This document shows positions 10,819 to 21,850 of a stretch of DNA of 64,000 bases, in pieces. Made by a program: the position numbers and the translations under genes. The stretch's first letter is position 1; every line of letters starts with the position of its first letter. The stretch comes from Monocercomonoides exilis PA203 (lineage: Eukaryota > Protista > Preaxostyla), in the NCBI GenBank assembly GCA_001643675.2, contig LSRY02000014.1, positions 496,001 through 560,000 of the forward strand, written 5' to 3'. The notes beneath the pieces were generated by a model. That model made no database searches and had not been told where the DNA came from. It saw nothing but the letters and a program-made list of their open reading frames with translations.

Positions 10819-12399
10819 ATGAGCAGAGAAAAACAGTCACTACTTAGAAAAGCAGCATCTGATTTATATTTTAACGTTGTCCAGGACGTGATAACTTACG
10901 CTTCCAGAGAATTTGACAAGCCAAATGAGGGGAAAAAATTTGCTACAGACTTAGCACAGAGATGGAAGCAAAAAATCATCGTCTCAGAGGCATTACTTGC
11001 TCCAAAGGATCGTTCAATGGAGCAGCCGCTTCTTCCATATATGAATATCGTAACAACACAACCAGAACCTCCAAGGCAAATGGGAGTTGCATTTATGCCC
11101 CACCAACCTCAACATCAATTTCCTATGCCTCAACAGCTTGCGTCAGCACCTCAGTTTTCACTTCCTTATCAAAGCACAGCAAATTCAAATCAACTTATAA
11201 ATCCAACACAAAGCTTTCCTCATCATCCTGGACCTCACCCACTTTCGCAAACGCAACAACACGAACAAATATCGATTCCTATTAATGCAAGAGGATATTC
11301 GCTTCCACAGGCGCAACTTCCATACATGCTGTCTCAGGGTAATCAACAAAACCAAAATGGAGATCGAACAATTCCTCAATTAGATGGGGATGGAATTGAC
11401 GATACTTCTCTTCAAGAAACATCTTCAAGCATTCAACAAGCAGAGATGCCCCAGCGAAGAACGCGCAGTGAATTGACAGCTCCGGTAGTTAATTCAACAT
11501 CAGTTTCAAAAGATCCAAACACATCATTACCAACCAACAATTCTCAAACAATACAGATAGGAAAGCATAAACTAACACAGAAAGAGTTGTTGCTTTTAGC
11601 AGCGAAATTGAAGGAGAAAAAGGAAGCTAAACAAAATTCATCGTCTGGAGCTTCAAATAAGGAAGCAGAAGATTATGAAGAGGAGGAAGAGGAAGAGGAA
11701 GAAGAGGAGGAGGAAGTTGAAACTTCTGGAAAGAATGAGCAAAGTCTATGGGCAGGAGAGAAGCGCCCGAAATTGTTAAATGAAGAAGGAATGATTTCCG
11801 CATTGGGAGGGCATATAAGTGGCGGAAAGATGAGGGAGGAGCTTCCGCCAGAATTATACAGGCAAATCACGCCAAATACTGAACGGCCAATTCCATTGAC
11901 CACTTCAAGTCTGCTGGATGGGAAAGGCAGAGGTTCGTTGCAGACATCTGCTTCTGCTTCTTCAGAGGAAAACAGCAGACTCACTTCATCTCGTCCGAAT
12001 CATTTGTCTTCCTCTGCACTGTCACACACTGCTGAAGCAGAGGATGCATCTTCAGCAGAATCATCTCACACACAACACTTGTCTTCATCTTTAGCTTCAT
12101 CATCATCATCATCTTCTTCTTCTTTACCTTCGCCTTCGCCTTCATCTTCTTCTGCGTCCTCTTCCTCCAGCCATCTTGAATCAGAAGGAGGTGAAGATGA
12201 TGACGTAGAGTCACTAAGTGATGATTCACAGCCAGAAGAGGAGCCGTTTGAAACGGAGAACATTGTTCTGTGTCAACTCGAGCGGAACAAGCGAAAGGGA
12301 GACAAACACACATATTATTTGAAGGATGGAATTATGCGATTGAATGGCTGCGACCACGTGTTCACAAAGTGTGTGGCGGAACTACTGTTTACGAAATGA
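10819..12399 (+). CDS. GTF2A1: Transcription initiation factor IIA large subunit (alpha/beta precursor)
   Basis: N-terminal helix pair (SDLYFNVVQDVITYASREF..LAQRWKQKI), Q/P-rich linker, IPQLDG motif, acidic tract, and C-terminal beta-barrel motif ENIVLCQLERNKRKGDKHTYYLKDGIMRLNGCDHVFTKCVAEL. Confidence 0.9.
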   Translation: MSREKQSLLRKAASDLYFNVVQDVITYASREFDKPNEGKKFATDLAQRWKQKIIVSEALLAPKDRSMEQPLLPYMNIVTTQPEPPRQMGVAFMPHQPQHQFPMPQQLASAPQFSLPYQSTANSNQLINPTQSFPHHPGPHPLSQTQQHEQISIPINARGYSLPQAQLPYMLSQGNQQNQNGDRTIPQLDGDGIDDTSLQETSSSIQQAEMPQRRTRSELTAPVVNSTSVSKDPNTSLPTNNSQTIQIGKHKLTQKELLLLAAKLKEKKEAKQNSSSGASNKEAEDYEEEEEEEEEEEEEVETSGKNEQSLWAGEKRPKLLNEEGMISALGGHISGGKMREELPPELYRQITPNTERPIPLTTSSLLDGKGRGSLQTSASASSEENSRLTSSRPNHLSSSALSHTAEAEDASSAESSHTQHLSSSLASSSSSSSSSLPSPSPSSSSASSSSSHLESEGGEDDDVESLSDDSQPEEEPFETENIVLCQLERNKRKGDKHTYYLKDGIMRLNGCDHVFTKCVAELLFTK

Positions 12400-12953
12400 G
12401 CAAAAGGAACAGGGATATTTGTGCGATGGTAGTATGATAAATATTAATAAACATATTTCACAAGATTAGATAACAATTTTTCTTATTCTTTCCGTTTTTT
12501 TTTTTATTTTTTTTGTTGGAATGCAGATATTTAGATAAGATATGATTTCTAATGATTTGACCAAATTTTCAGAATAGTAAAAATTTTATTTGTGAATTTA
12601 TTTTTTCCGTTTTCTTTTTATTCCATTACGTTCAATTTCATATTCTTGCTTTTTTATGGGAATTGTATCAAACATTGAAATTTACAATATTTGAATATGT
12701 TGTGCTTTTCTTCCAATTGCATCATTTTTAAATCAGGGAATGTTTATACTTCATTGTTTTAACATCTTTTCAACTAAAACGAATGCATTTGTTTAAAATT
12801 TGTAAACATATTGGTTTAATGTTTTTTTATAAAGAGAAAGCCTTTTACAATAAATAAAAGGAGTTTTGGTGTTTTTTGAAAAGAAAAAAACAGCATAAGA
12901 AAGAACATATGCGCAATTCAATGAAAATGAAATGTTAATGAAACAGCATAAAA

Positions 12954-14754
12954 CTAAGATTCACTTTCTCCTTCTTCAACAGAGGAAGACGAAGAGGGAG
13001 AAGAGGAAAAGGATGAAGAGGAAAAGGCTGATTGACGAGGCGATGGAGGCAAATTCTGCGCTGAAGGAGCAGAAGAACGAGTAGATGCAGCAGTTGAAGG
13101 CTCGGGAGAAGTGAATCTGTTTTGCTCGTTCGACTCTTGTGAATGTTTGGGTGTTTCAAAAGAAGAGGCTTGAATGTTAGTTCTTTCAGGAGTATTTCCT
13201 GGCACAACAAAAGAAGAAAATGAAGAAACAGTTCTTTGTGTGCTTTCCATCGAATTGTTCGAAGGGCGAGGATATGTCTGCATGTGCTGCCCGTAATCAG
13301 AAGAAGAAAGAGAAGCAGAAGAGAAAGCAGGAACAGTCGAATTCAAGAGATGCTTTGCGATCGGAGCAGTCAAACTCATAAACGATGAAGTCATCTCCAT
13401 CCGCATCGTCCGCTCGCGCGCTGCCTCTTCTTCTGCTTCGTTCTTCTCACGCTCCAGTTTTGTGATCTCGTCGCGCATCCGCTGAGTCTTGTTCGCCAGC
13501 TCGTTCTTCCATTTCTGCTCAACACGACTGACTTCCTCTGTTGCGAGCATTCTTTCCTTCTTCCGCTGCTCCTCCAGCACACGAGTTGCACTCAGCACCT
13601 CTGCTTCTTTTTCCTTGCGAAGCCCTTCCTTTTCCTTCTCGTTCATTCTGGTTGCTTCCCACAGCAATGCCAGCTGGATGTGAGTTGTGGTCGTTGATGA
13701 GTGATCAGCATTTGACAACTCTTTCTTTAGTGTTTTCTCCTTCGAATCTCCACTAGCGCTCTGCGAGGCAGATGGCTCAGATGTCTGCTTGACCTTGTCA
13801 AATGGATTTTCTGCGAGTGATTCACCACCAAGGATATCTCTTTTTCTTTCTTCCTCTTCTTGTCGTGAAAAGCCAAGTGATGTTGATGTACGAGCTAATT
13901 GATATTCGAAATCTGTTAACTCATTTTTTGCTTTTCTATCTTCATGCCTCAATCTTTTTATTTCTTCTTCTGCATCCTTTAATTGTCTGGTTGTTCGTTC
14001 CAAGTCAGCTTTTAATTGAGAGCATTCGAGTAATGTCTCATTTTTTGCGTTTCTAAGAGCATCGTTTTCTTGCTGAAACTGCAATCTCTGCTCTTCCATC
14101 TGGCGCTCTTTTGTGCTTAATTGATCTTTAAACAATCTTTCCTTTTCTCTCATTGCATATTCTTGCTTGTACATGGAATTCCATCTATCTTCCTTTGCCT
14201 GAGCAAGCTGTTGATGGAGATCTTGAATCTCTGCTTTAAGAGCTGCAACATTATCTTCTTCATACGTTCCAATATTTGCAACATTAGAAGAAGATGAATT
14301 TGATCCAAGAAGGCGTTGGGCGATTGGGCTTGTTTTTGCAAGAGTGTTTGAAGCTGACTGTTGGGCTTCTTGAAGTAATTGCTCAGCTTGCTTGCATTTT
14401 TGCTTCGATTCGTAAAGTTCCCTTTGGAGAGAAGCAATAATCTTTTGATATCAATAATTAATTAAAATTTTTGAATTGAAAATTTATATATGAACCTACC
14501 ATCTGGGAATCTTGAGAGCCAGTTGGAGAAATGAAATTTTGCTCTTTAGTTGGTGTAAACATCTTTTCACTTTCCTTTAAGTTCTGGTACAAACTCCACA
14601 AAATTCAAAAAGAATTTTTTATGATCTTGTCATATAGTTCTATTTTGATATTTAAACAATTTTTTTCATGGCACTTTTTACACCTTCAACAAAGTGGGAG
14701 GTGCTGTCTCTAAATGGAAAATGTCCTTCATTTGATCCACTATCTTTTCAAGCT
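12954..14754 (-). CDS. Coiled-coil protein of unknown function (5' exons not fully resolved)
   Basis: ORF 12954..14174 is open upstream to an AG acceptor near 14442. Further in-frame exons lie at ~14583-14500 and ~14754-14684. The protein has heptad-rich E/K/R/Q segments and a Ser-rich tail. Confidence 0.7.
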
Positions 14755-15165
14755 CTAATACAAAAAGAGTTGCGTATATTTTTTGAACACGTGTGAATTA
14801 GTTTTTTCTTTTTCTTATGGATTATATCCTTTTTATACTTGGAAATTTAGAATACTAAAGTATTTGGAATTGAACATGGCCCGATTTTATGTCGTTCATT
14901 TCTATTTTATAATCAAATGAAGCGTAGACTTCTAATTTTGTTGTTTCCTTCGAAAGAGTTTATTTTTATTCATACAACAGTCAGAGGACCATATAAATTT
15001 TTGCTACTGGATTTAATATCTTTGGTTGTTGGAGTTGATGTTGAAACGACTTCTGATGAATCAACAGATCTGTGTATGTCTTCTTAACTTATTTTAAAGA
15101 TTAAATCCTCGATCTTGATTACATTTTCAGCTTATCTGGTTTCACGTTTTATAACAAAGAAAAAT

Positions 15166-15791
15166 ATGCAGCTTAGGCCAACTGGCGAACCAATAAGTCC
15201 ATTTTCTATTCCACCATCTTTATTAATACCATATCAACCTGGAATTCCTGGAGGAACATTAAATGAACAGAGAAGAAGAGAAATTGCAGATTCTTCATTT
15301 GGTCCTATTTCTGATAGAAATCAGCTTCGATCTGGAATTATTACAAGTGATGATATTGATCCTAAAAAAAGAAATGATGTTATGAAACGTCACCGCATAT
15401 TAAAAAAGATAGAGCTAAAGGTTTAAATTTTTTTATTTTATTTTATTTTTTATTCATTTTTGAATACAAACTTGTATTTTTGCATGAATGCATGAATGCT
15501 TTTCGTTGACAGTTTGAAGCACCTAAACTGATGTTTACTCTTACTTTGAAAGGAAATGATATACTGGGCGATTTTCATTCAATGGTTTCTTTGGGCGTAT
15601 CATCCCCCATTCTTCCAGAATTTATTCACCAAATGACGAAAGATGCTCCTTTACCACACGTAGTTAACGGTTATGGAAGAGTTTTGTCAGATAAGGATTC
15701 ATTAAAAAATAAATCGAAAGAAATACGAGAAAGGAAAGTGAAGCCTAAAATTGTTTCTCAACTTCAAGCAAAAGATGTAACTGCAACTTGA
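15166..15791 (+). CDS. Hypothetical protein, ~177 aa, two exons
   Basis: join(15166..15420,15513..15791): a phase-0 GT..AG intron links ORFs 15115..15426 and 15531..15791 in frame. No recognisable domain. Confidence 0.6.
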
Positions 15792-16012
15792 GAGTCATGC
15801 TCGCGTGTTGGATTTTAAGCATCTTTGAATTTGCATCAAAGCGAATAATCTTTAAAAATAAACTATTTTGTTAATCTGTTGTTGATTTTAGATTTTTTCG
15901 TTAAAAACATTGTTTTATTTAGCAAGAAATATTTTTAAATCATTCTCTTTTCGCAAAAACATCATCTATTTTGAAAAACAATTTTAACCGTTAAATATCC
16001 CATAAATTTCCA

Positions 16013-19000
16013 ATGAAACCAAAGATAATTATCGAAAAGGTTTTTTGATGCTTCCATTGAAATTTATTAAATCATATTTTCTTATTAATATTTACGATTA
16101 TGAACATTATCCCTAGCAACTGACGGATAACCCAGATACCATCTGGGGGATGACATTTAGTCCAGGTTTGCTTTTAAATCTCTCTAATTGTTATCTTCAA
16201 CTTAACATTACTTATTACTTTGTTAATTAGATGGAAAACAACTTTTATGCGTATCTGGGCAATATATTTATAACATAAACGTTCTTTCGCCAGATTTTGA
16301 AATGCAAGTTATCAAAGGTTTCGAAGTGTATTTTTGAAAGGAGTGCAATTTTTAAATTTGAACATTTTTAGCACACAAAGATACAATATTTTGCATTGCT
16401 TATGCTCATGATGGATCAATGTTTGCTACAGGAGGGTGTGATGAACTTTTTATGTGGTTAGAAATTTTATTCGCGAATATCTTTTTCAAGGGCTGATCGA
16501 TCTGTGAATATTTGGACTCCTCAATGCCAAGGAAAAGTAACATTTCCTCATTCATCTACTATACAAGCACTGGCGTTCAATCCAATTACAAAAACACTTG
16601 CAAGTGGAACTGAATTAGATTTTGGATTGTGGAATGAAGATGCTCAACAAGTGAAGAAAGAAAAAGTGTCTTCAAAAATAACATGCATAGCGTATGCTTA
16701 GCGATTGGCAATTATTAATATTTTTTATGTGGACATTTTTTTTAGATGGTCAAACAATGGACAATATCTTGCTACTGGGCATTTTAATGGGCGCGTGTCA
16801 ATAAGAAACAAAGAAGGAAAAGAGATGTATTTCTACGAACGAAAAGAGCCCATATGGACAATTTCTTGGAATCCAATGAGAGATAATGGTGTGCTACATA
16901 TGTTAAAAGAAGATAAATATTTTTATTATTTGAAATGCTTTAATTTTGAAAAAATTTGAAAACTGGCTTTTCAAAACGGATATGATTTAAATTTAATCTT
17001 AAATGCTGACTTTTTGATTGCAATTTAAATATTTTCCGAATATTTTCTTTTTCAACAATTCAATTAATAATGTCATTAAACCTCATTTCATTCATTCATT
17101 ATTTATTTATTTATTTATTTATTTTATTTCATTTTCAAATTTCCAGGCGACAAGCTAGCTGTCGGTAGTTGGGATGGCCAGCTTTCATTCATCAATCCCG
17201 ATGGAAGCCCACTGACACACCCACGGAAAGTGGATGGTGACCCGTGCTGCATCGAGCCATTCCAAGGAGGAGAGTTCTGGATCCTTGGTGGCTCAAACAA
17301 AGAAGCGTGGTTGATGTCGAAGGACGGGGTGAAGCTGGCGAAAGTGGGAGAAAGCAGCGAGTGGATCTTCTCCATCGCTGCACGTGGGAAGAGTGACGTG
17401 CTTGCAATGAGTACAGGGAAGGGCAAGATTGCCATCATCGACTGCATGTTTGAGACAGTCCATGGATTGTATCAGGACATCTATGCATACCGCGATCTGA
17501 TGACTTATGTAATGGTGCAGAGCCTCACTAACATATCGCAGATGGTCAGAATCAACTGCAATGATTATGTGCAGAAGCTGGCTGTTTATCGAGGAAGGTT
17601 TGTTTTTTTCATTTTTGTGCAATACGTTTCATGTATAATTGTTTATTTTTAACTATTTCATTATCTAACCAACAGACTTGCCATCCAAATACCCAAAAAG
17701 ATTCTCGTGGCAGACATAGCTGATGATTTTGAGTCAGGGATGCTTGTCCACCGTCCGCGTGGTTCTGTTCCGTTTGACGAAGAGTGCTCGCTTTTACTAG
17801 CAACAGCCGAGGCGGTGATTGTGTGTCAAGTGAAGACGATTATCGTGTTTGATCTGAGAGGCAGGAAGAAGATGGAGTGGCAGATGGAGTCAGCCATTTT
17901 GTACCTGAAAGTGATCGGCGGACCGCCAGGGAAGGAATGCTTGCTTGCAGGGCTGTTCAATGGAGAGGTGCATTCAATCTACATCGACAACCCATTCACC
18001 ACGAGAATCCTCACTCACACAGCTGCTATCAGATGCCTGGACTTTTCTATGAGCAGAGCATCGCTGGCAGTGATCGACGAGAACTTCGACATGTTCATCT
18101 ACAACACTTCAACAAAGGAGGTATGAAATTTTATTGTTTTATTATTCTTCTTATCATTGTTTGTAATTTAAAATGACTCATTTGTAAAAAACATCTTTTA
18201 TTTTTTTAACATTCTTAAATACTCATTGAATCTCCCTCTTAAACAGGTTATCCTCCACGAGCGAAATGTGACCGGCGTTGCCTTCAACACAGAATTTGAG
18301 CAGATGTTGTGTTACAGCGGGCAGTCACAGCTGATGATCAAAGTGGCTGACCTTCCTGTATACAGGCAGCGTATGCAAGGGCTTGTCGTTGGGATGAAAG
18401 GCAGCAAAGTGTTCTGCCTGAGAAGAGTGGCCATGCTCACATACGATGTGCCCCAGTCTGATGCTCTTTACAAGTTCATCGACAGAAAGGACTTTGAGAG
18501 TGCTTATCGTATTGCGTGTTTGGGTGTCACTCCAGTCGATTGGACGAACCTGGGCACTGCTGCTCTGCGCTCGCTGGAGATTCTGATTGCAAAGAAGGCG
18601 TTTTTGAGGAACCAGGAAATGAAGTACATGGACATCATCGCAGATTTGGAGCAGGACAAGATCAAAGGAACGGTTCCTGAGGCGATGATGGTGGGGAAAG
18701 TGCTTGCTTTCCTTGGCGAATACGACGAGGCAGCCAAAATGTATGTGTCTGCTGGGCATCCTGAGGCAGCAGTGGATCTCTTCCGCGACCTGCGCAACTT
18801 TGAAGCAGCGCTGAACTATCAGAAGCAGACATCAGCACCAAACGGGAAGATGATGAAGGAGCTGATCCAATCACAGGCACGTTGGTGCGAAGAGATCGGG
18901 CAGATGCTGCAGGCGTCGATGGTGTATGCAATTGCAGGGATGTCGATGAAAGCTGTCACCATCCTCGGCGAAAGAGGGCTCGTGGACGATCTGGCGGAGC

Positions 19001-21003
19001 TGATGCGGCAGCGGAAGCTGGACCACCAGGCGCTTGCAAAGTGTGGCGAGTACTTTGTGCGCTTCAAGGCGCATTCGTATGCACGTGAGACGTTTCTGAA
19101 GATGGGTGACACGGCAGCGCTGATCGAGCTGCATGTGCGGTTGGGCGAGTGGGAGTCTGCCATCAGCATTGCTGAGCAGACGCCAGGGCTGATGTCGCGG
19201 GTGTATCTGCCGTATGCTGCCTGGCTCGCTGAACACGGCCAGTTCAACGACGCACAACGCGCCTTCCACAAGGCAGGGAGACCCGACCAGGCGATTCTGC
19301 TGCTGAGGGAGATGCAGAACGATGCTGTTGCGAAGAGTCAGTTCAGAATAGCAGCAAGGTATTTGTGGATGATCTCGCGGGAGTTCGTGTCGATCGCAGA
19401 CGACCCCTCAGCCGGTGAGAAAGCGGAGTTTGCGCAGTTGCTGGCTGAGTTGTACTATGCATACGCTCTCATTCACGAGTCGACATACTCTCCAGTCACC
19501 ACACACTCATCAGATGTGCTCTTCAATGCAGGCATCTTCCTTGTCACCACTCTTGGGTCAAGCACATTCACAAAGATGAACTCTTCTCTTGTTCTGACTG
19601 CACCTCCTGTCGGTGCATCAGCTACATCACCGTCTTCTGCCTCTGCTTCTTCTACTTCTTCGTCTCTCTCATCTTCTCTGTCAGGAATGATTCCATCTCC
19701 CTCATCCTCTTCCTCTTCATCAACCTCCATCAATTCTGTTTCATCCTTCTCCACTCTCTCATACTCGTCCATCTCCTCTCGTCTCCCCGAAGGCATCAGC
19801 TACTCCATCGTTCTCTACTCTCTCCACCGCCACGCATGGCGCATGGGTGCCTGGCGGTTCCTCCGCAACATCTGCACAAAACTGGCTGACTATCGTCTCC
19901 CCCAGCAGCTTGTGCACCAAGTGGAGCTCACCTCTCTTCTCGTGCGGTCGAAGCCAGAGTCAGACGCAGACTATCTGCAGCAGTTCTGCTGGCGCTGCTC
20001 GTCGGTCAATGCACTCTCCCTCGACAACCACAAGGGCGACGCCTGCCAATTCTGCGGACAGCAGTTCATCCGCTCCTTCTCCTCGTTCCTTCCTTTGCCC
20101 CTTGTGGAGTTCTTTGTTGAAGACGATATCTCGCAAATTGAGGCAGAGCAACTGCTGAAATCGCTACCGCCATCGAAGACATCGCAGATGACATTTGGAG
20201 CAGGAGGTGCTTTGAGACGCGGTGCAAAAGCAGGAAAGACGAGGATACGCGACAGCGACGGATGGGATGAGGAAATTGAAGGCGGAGGAGGAGAAGATGG
20301 AGAAGGAGGTTATCAGCGCCTGACGCTGAGCAACACACTGACAGTAACCTCTGCCTCTAATTCTTCTTCCTTCTCTCCATTCGGCCCGTCTGCCTCTGAC
20401 GTTACAGTTGGTGCAGGCCCCGCTGCACAAGGATTATTCACAGGCACTCAATTTGCCTCGCAGCTGTACCAGATCCAGCACGGAAACGCCACACAGGAGC
20501 TGAAGTTGAACAGAGAAGGATTGCGACAGATGCCACCGTCAGCGGTGTTTGTGGCAAAGCACGGTGCACCTCTTCGCTGGAGATATTATGCGAACCTTGC
20601 TCCGGACATTGTGGTGGTGATGTGCTCAGCCTGTTTGCACTTCTTCACAGAGGAGGACTTTGCGATGAGCATTCATCAGAACAGCCGGTGTCCGTTCTGC
20701 TTTACTCACCTGGACGATCTCGACGAGGCGATAAAGAAGCTGTATGTGGTGAATGAAAAGAACTCTTCAATGGCTGGTGAACAAGCAGCAACCCCTGTGA
20801 AAACAGCCTCAGCGTCTGCTTCTTCTTCAGCTGCAAGTATGGCAAAGGTTGGGCCGAAAATCGGAGGAGAAAGTGCTACCAATGAAAATGGCGATGTTAA
20901 ACTGGGGTTGAGGAACTTGACATCACCTGCAACGCAATCAAAAGCTCGGCAGATGACTGTGAAGCAGGGCGTGTGGAGGATTCCGTCTGTTGGGAAGAAC
21001 TAG
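16013..21003 (+). CDS. IFT122: Intraflagellar transport protein 122 (IFT-A core; WD40 + TPR-like + C-terminal zinc ribbons)
   Basis: Multi-exon WD40 N-terminus ([30 protein letters not shown]). It contains the characteristic [56 protein letters not shown] and [25 protein letters not shown] segments, plus CWRC/CQFC and CSAC/CPFC pairs. Confidence 0.93.
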
Positions 21004-21850
21004 TCATCAAATTATGTGAATGGGATGATTGTCAGTTGAAGTGCTTTCAGATGTATAACATTATATTTAACAGATACAATTTTTCATGTTTATTATTGCA
21101 CTTATCATTATTCTCATGTATTTGTTTTCACAAATTTAGTGCTGTTAATCTTATTCCTTCGCTCTTTTTCACCAAATCAGCTATTCGTGTCATATGCTTT
21201 TTTCTATTGTGCGTTTTCTTTCCTTCCACTTTCTCGTGACATTGCCAAATATTCACGTTTATTTGGTTGCTTTCAAAGATTGAAAGTTTGTTCATTCACT
21301 TTCATTTTTGGAATGCAACCGAAGATTTTTTCGCTTCTTCATCTTTTCACTCGTATCTCTAACACCTCATTCCTTCCGTTTCATTTTCAGTTTTGTTTTG
21401 TTTTTATCCTTCTTTTGCTTTTTGCAGATGACAACATTTATCAGGAAAATAAAGGACATTATGAAAGATACGCAACGATGTATGAATATAACACAAAAAA
21501 ATGATGGATGAAAAGCGAAATGAATTGATTAAAAAACAAAGAGAATCTTAAAGAAATGTGAAGCAAATGAAAAAAAAAAAGTGAATAAAAACAGATTTAT
21601 TTGAAGAATAAGCAGCTTCATTTCTTTTGAAAAAACTACAAAACAAAGGATAAAAAAAAAACATTGAATAAATTGTTGCTACAAATCATTGTAAAAAGCC
21701 TTTTAACATTTATCATCTATGAAATATTGTTAGTTCTTGCTCCAAAATAACCGATAGAATTGATTTTAATTTTTGTATTTTTCTTCAAAATTCATAGAGG
21801 ATTTAACAATTCCCTCATATTTTTCTTTGAGTTCTTTTCTTCTTCTTTTT

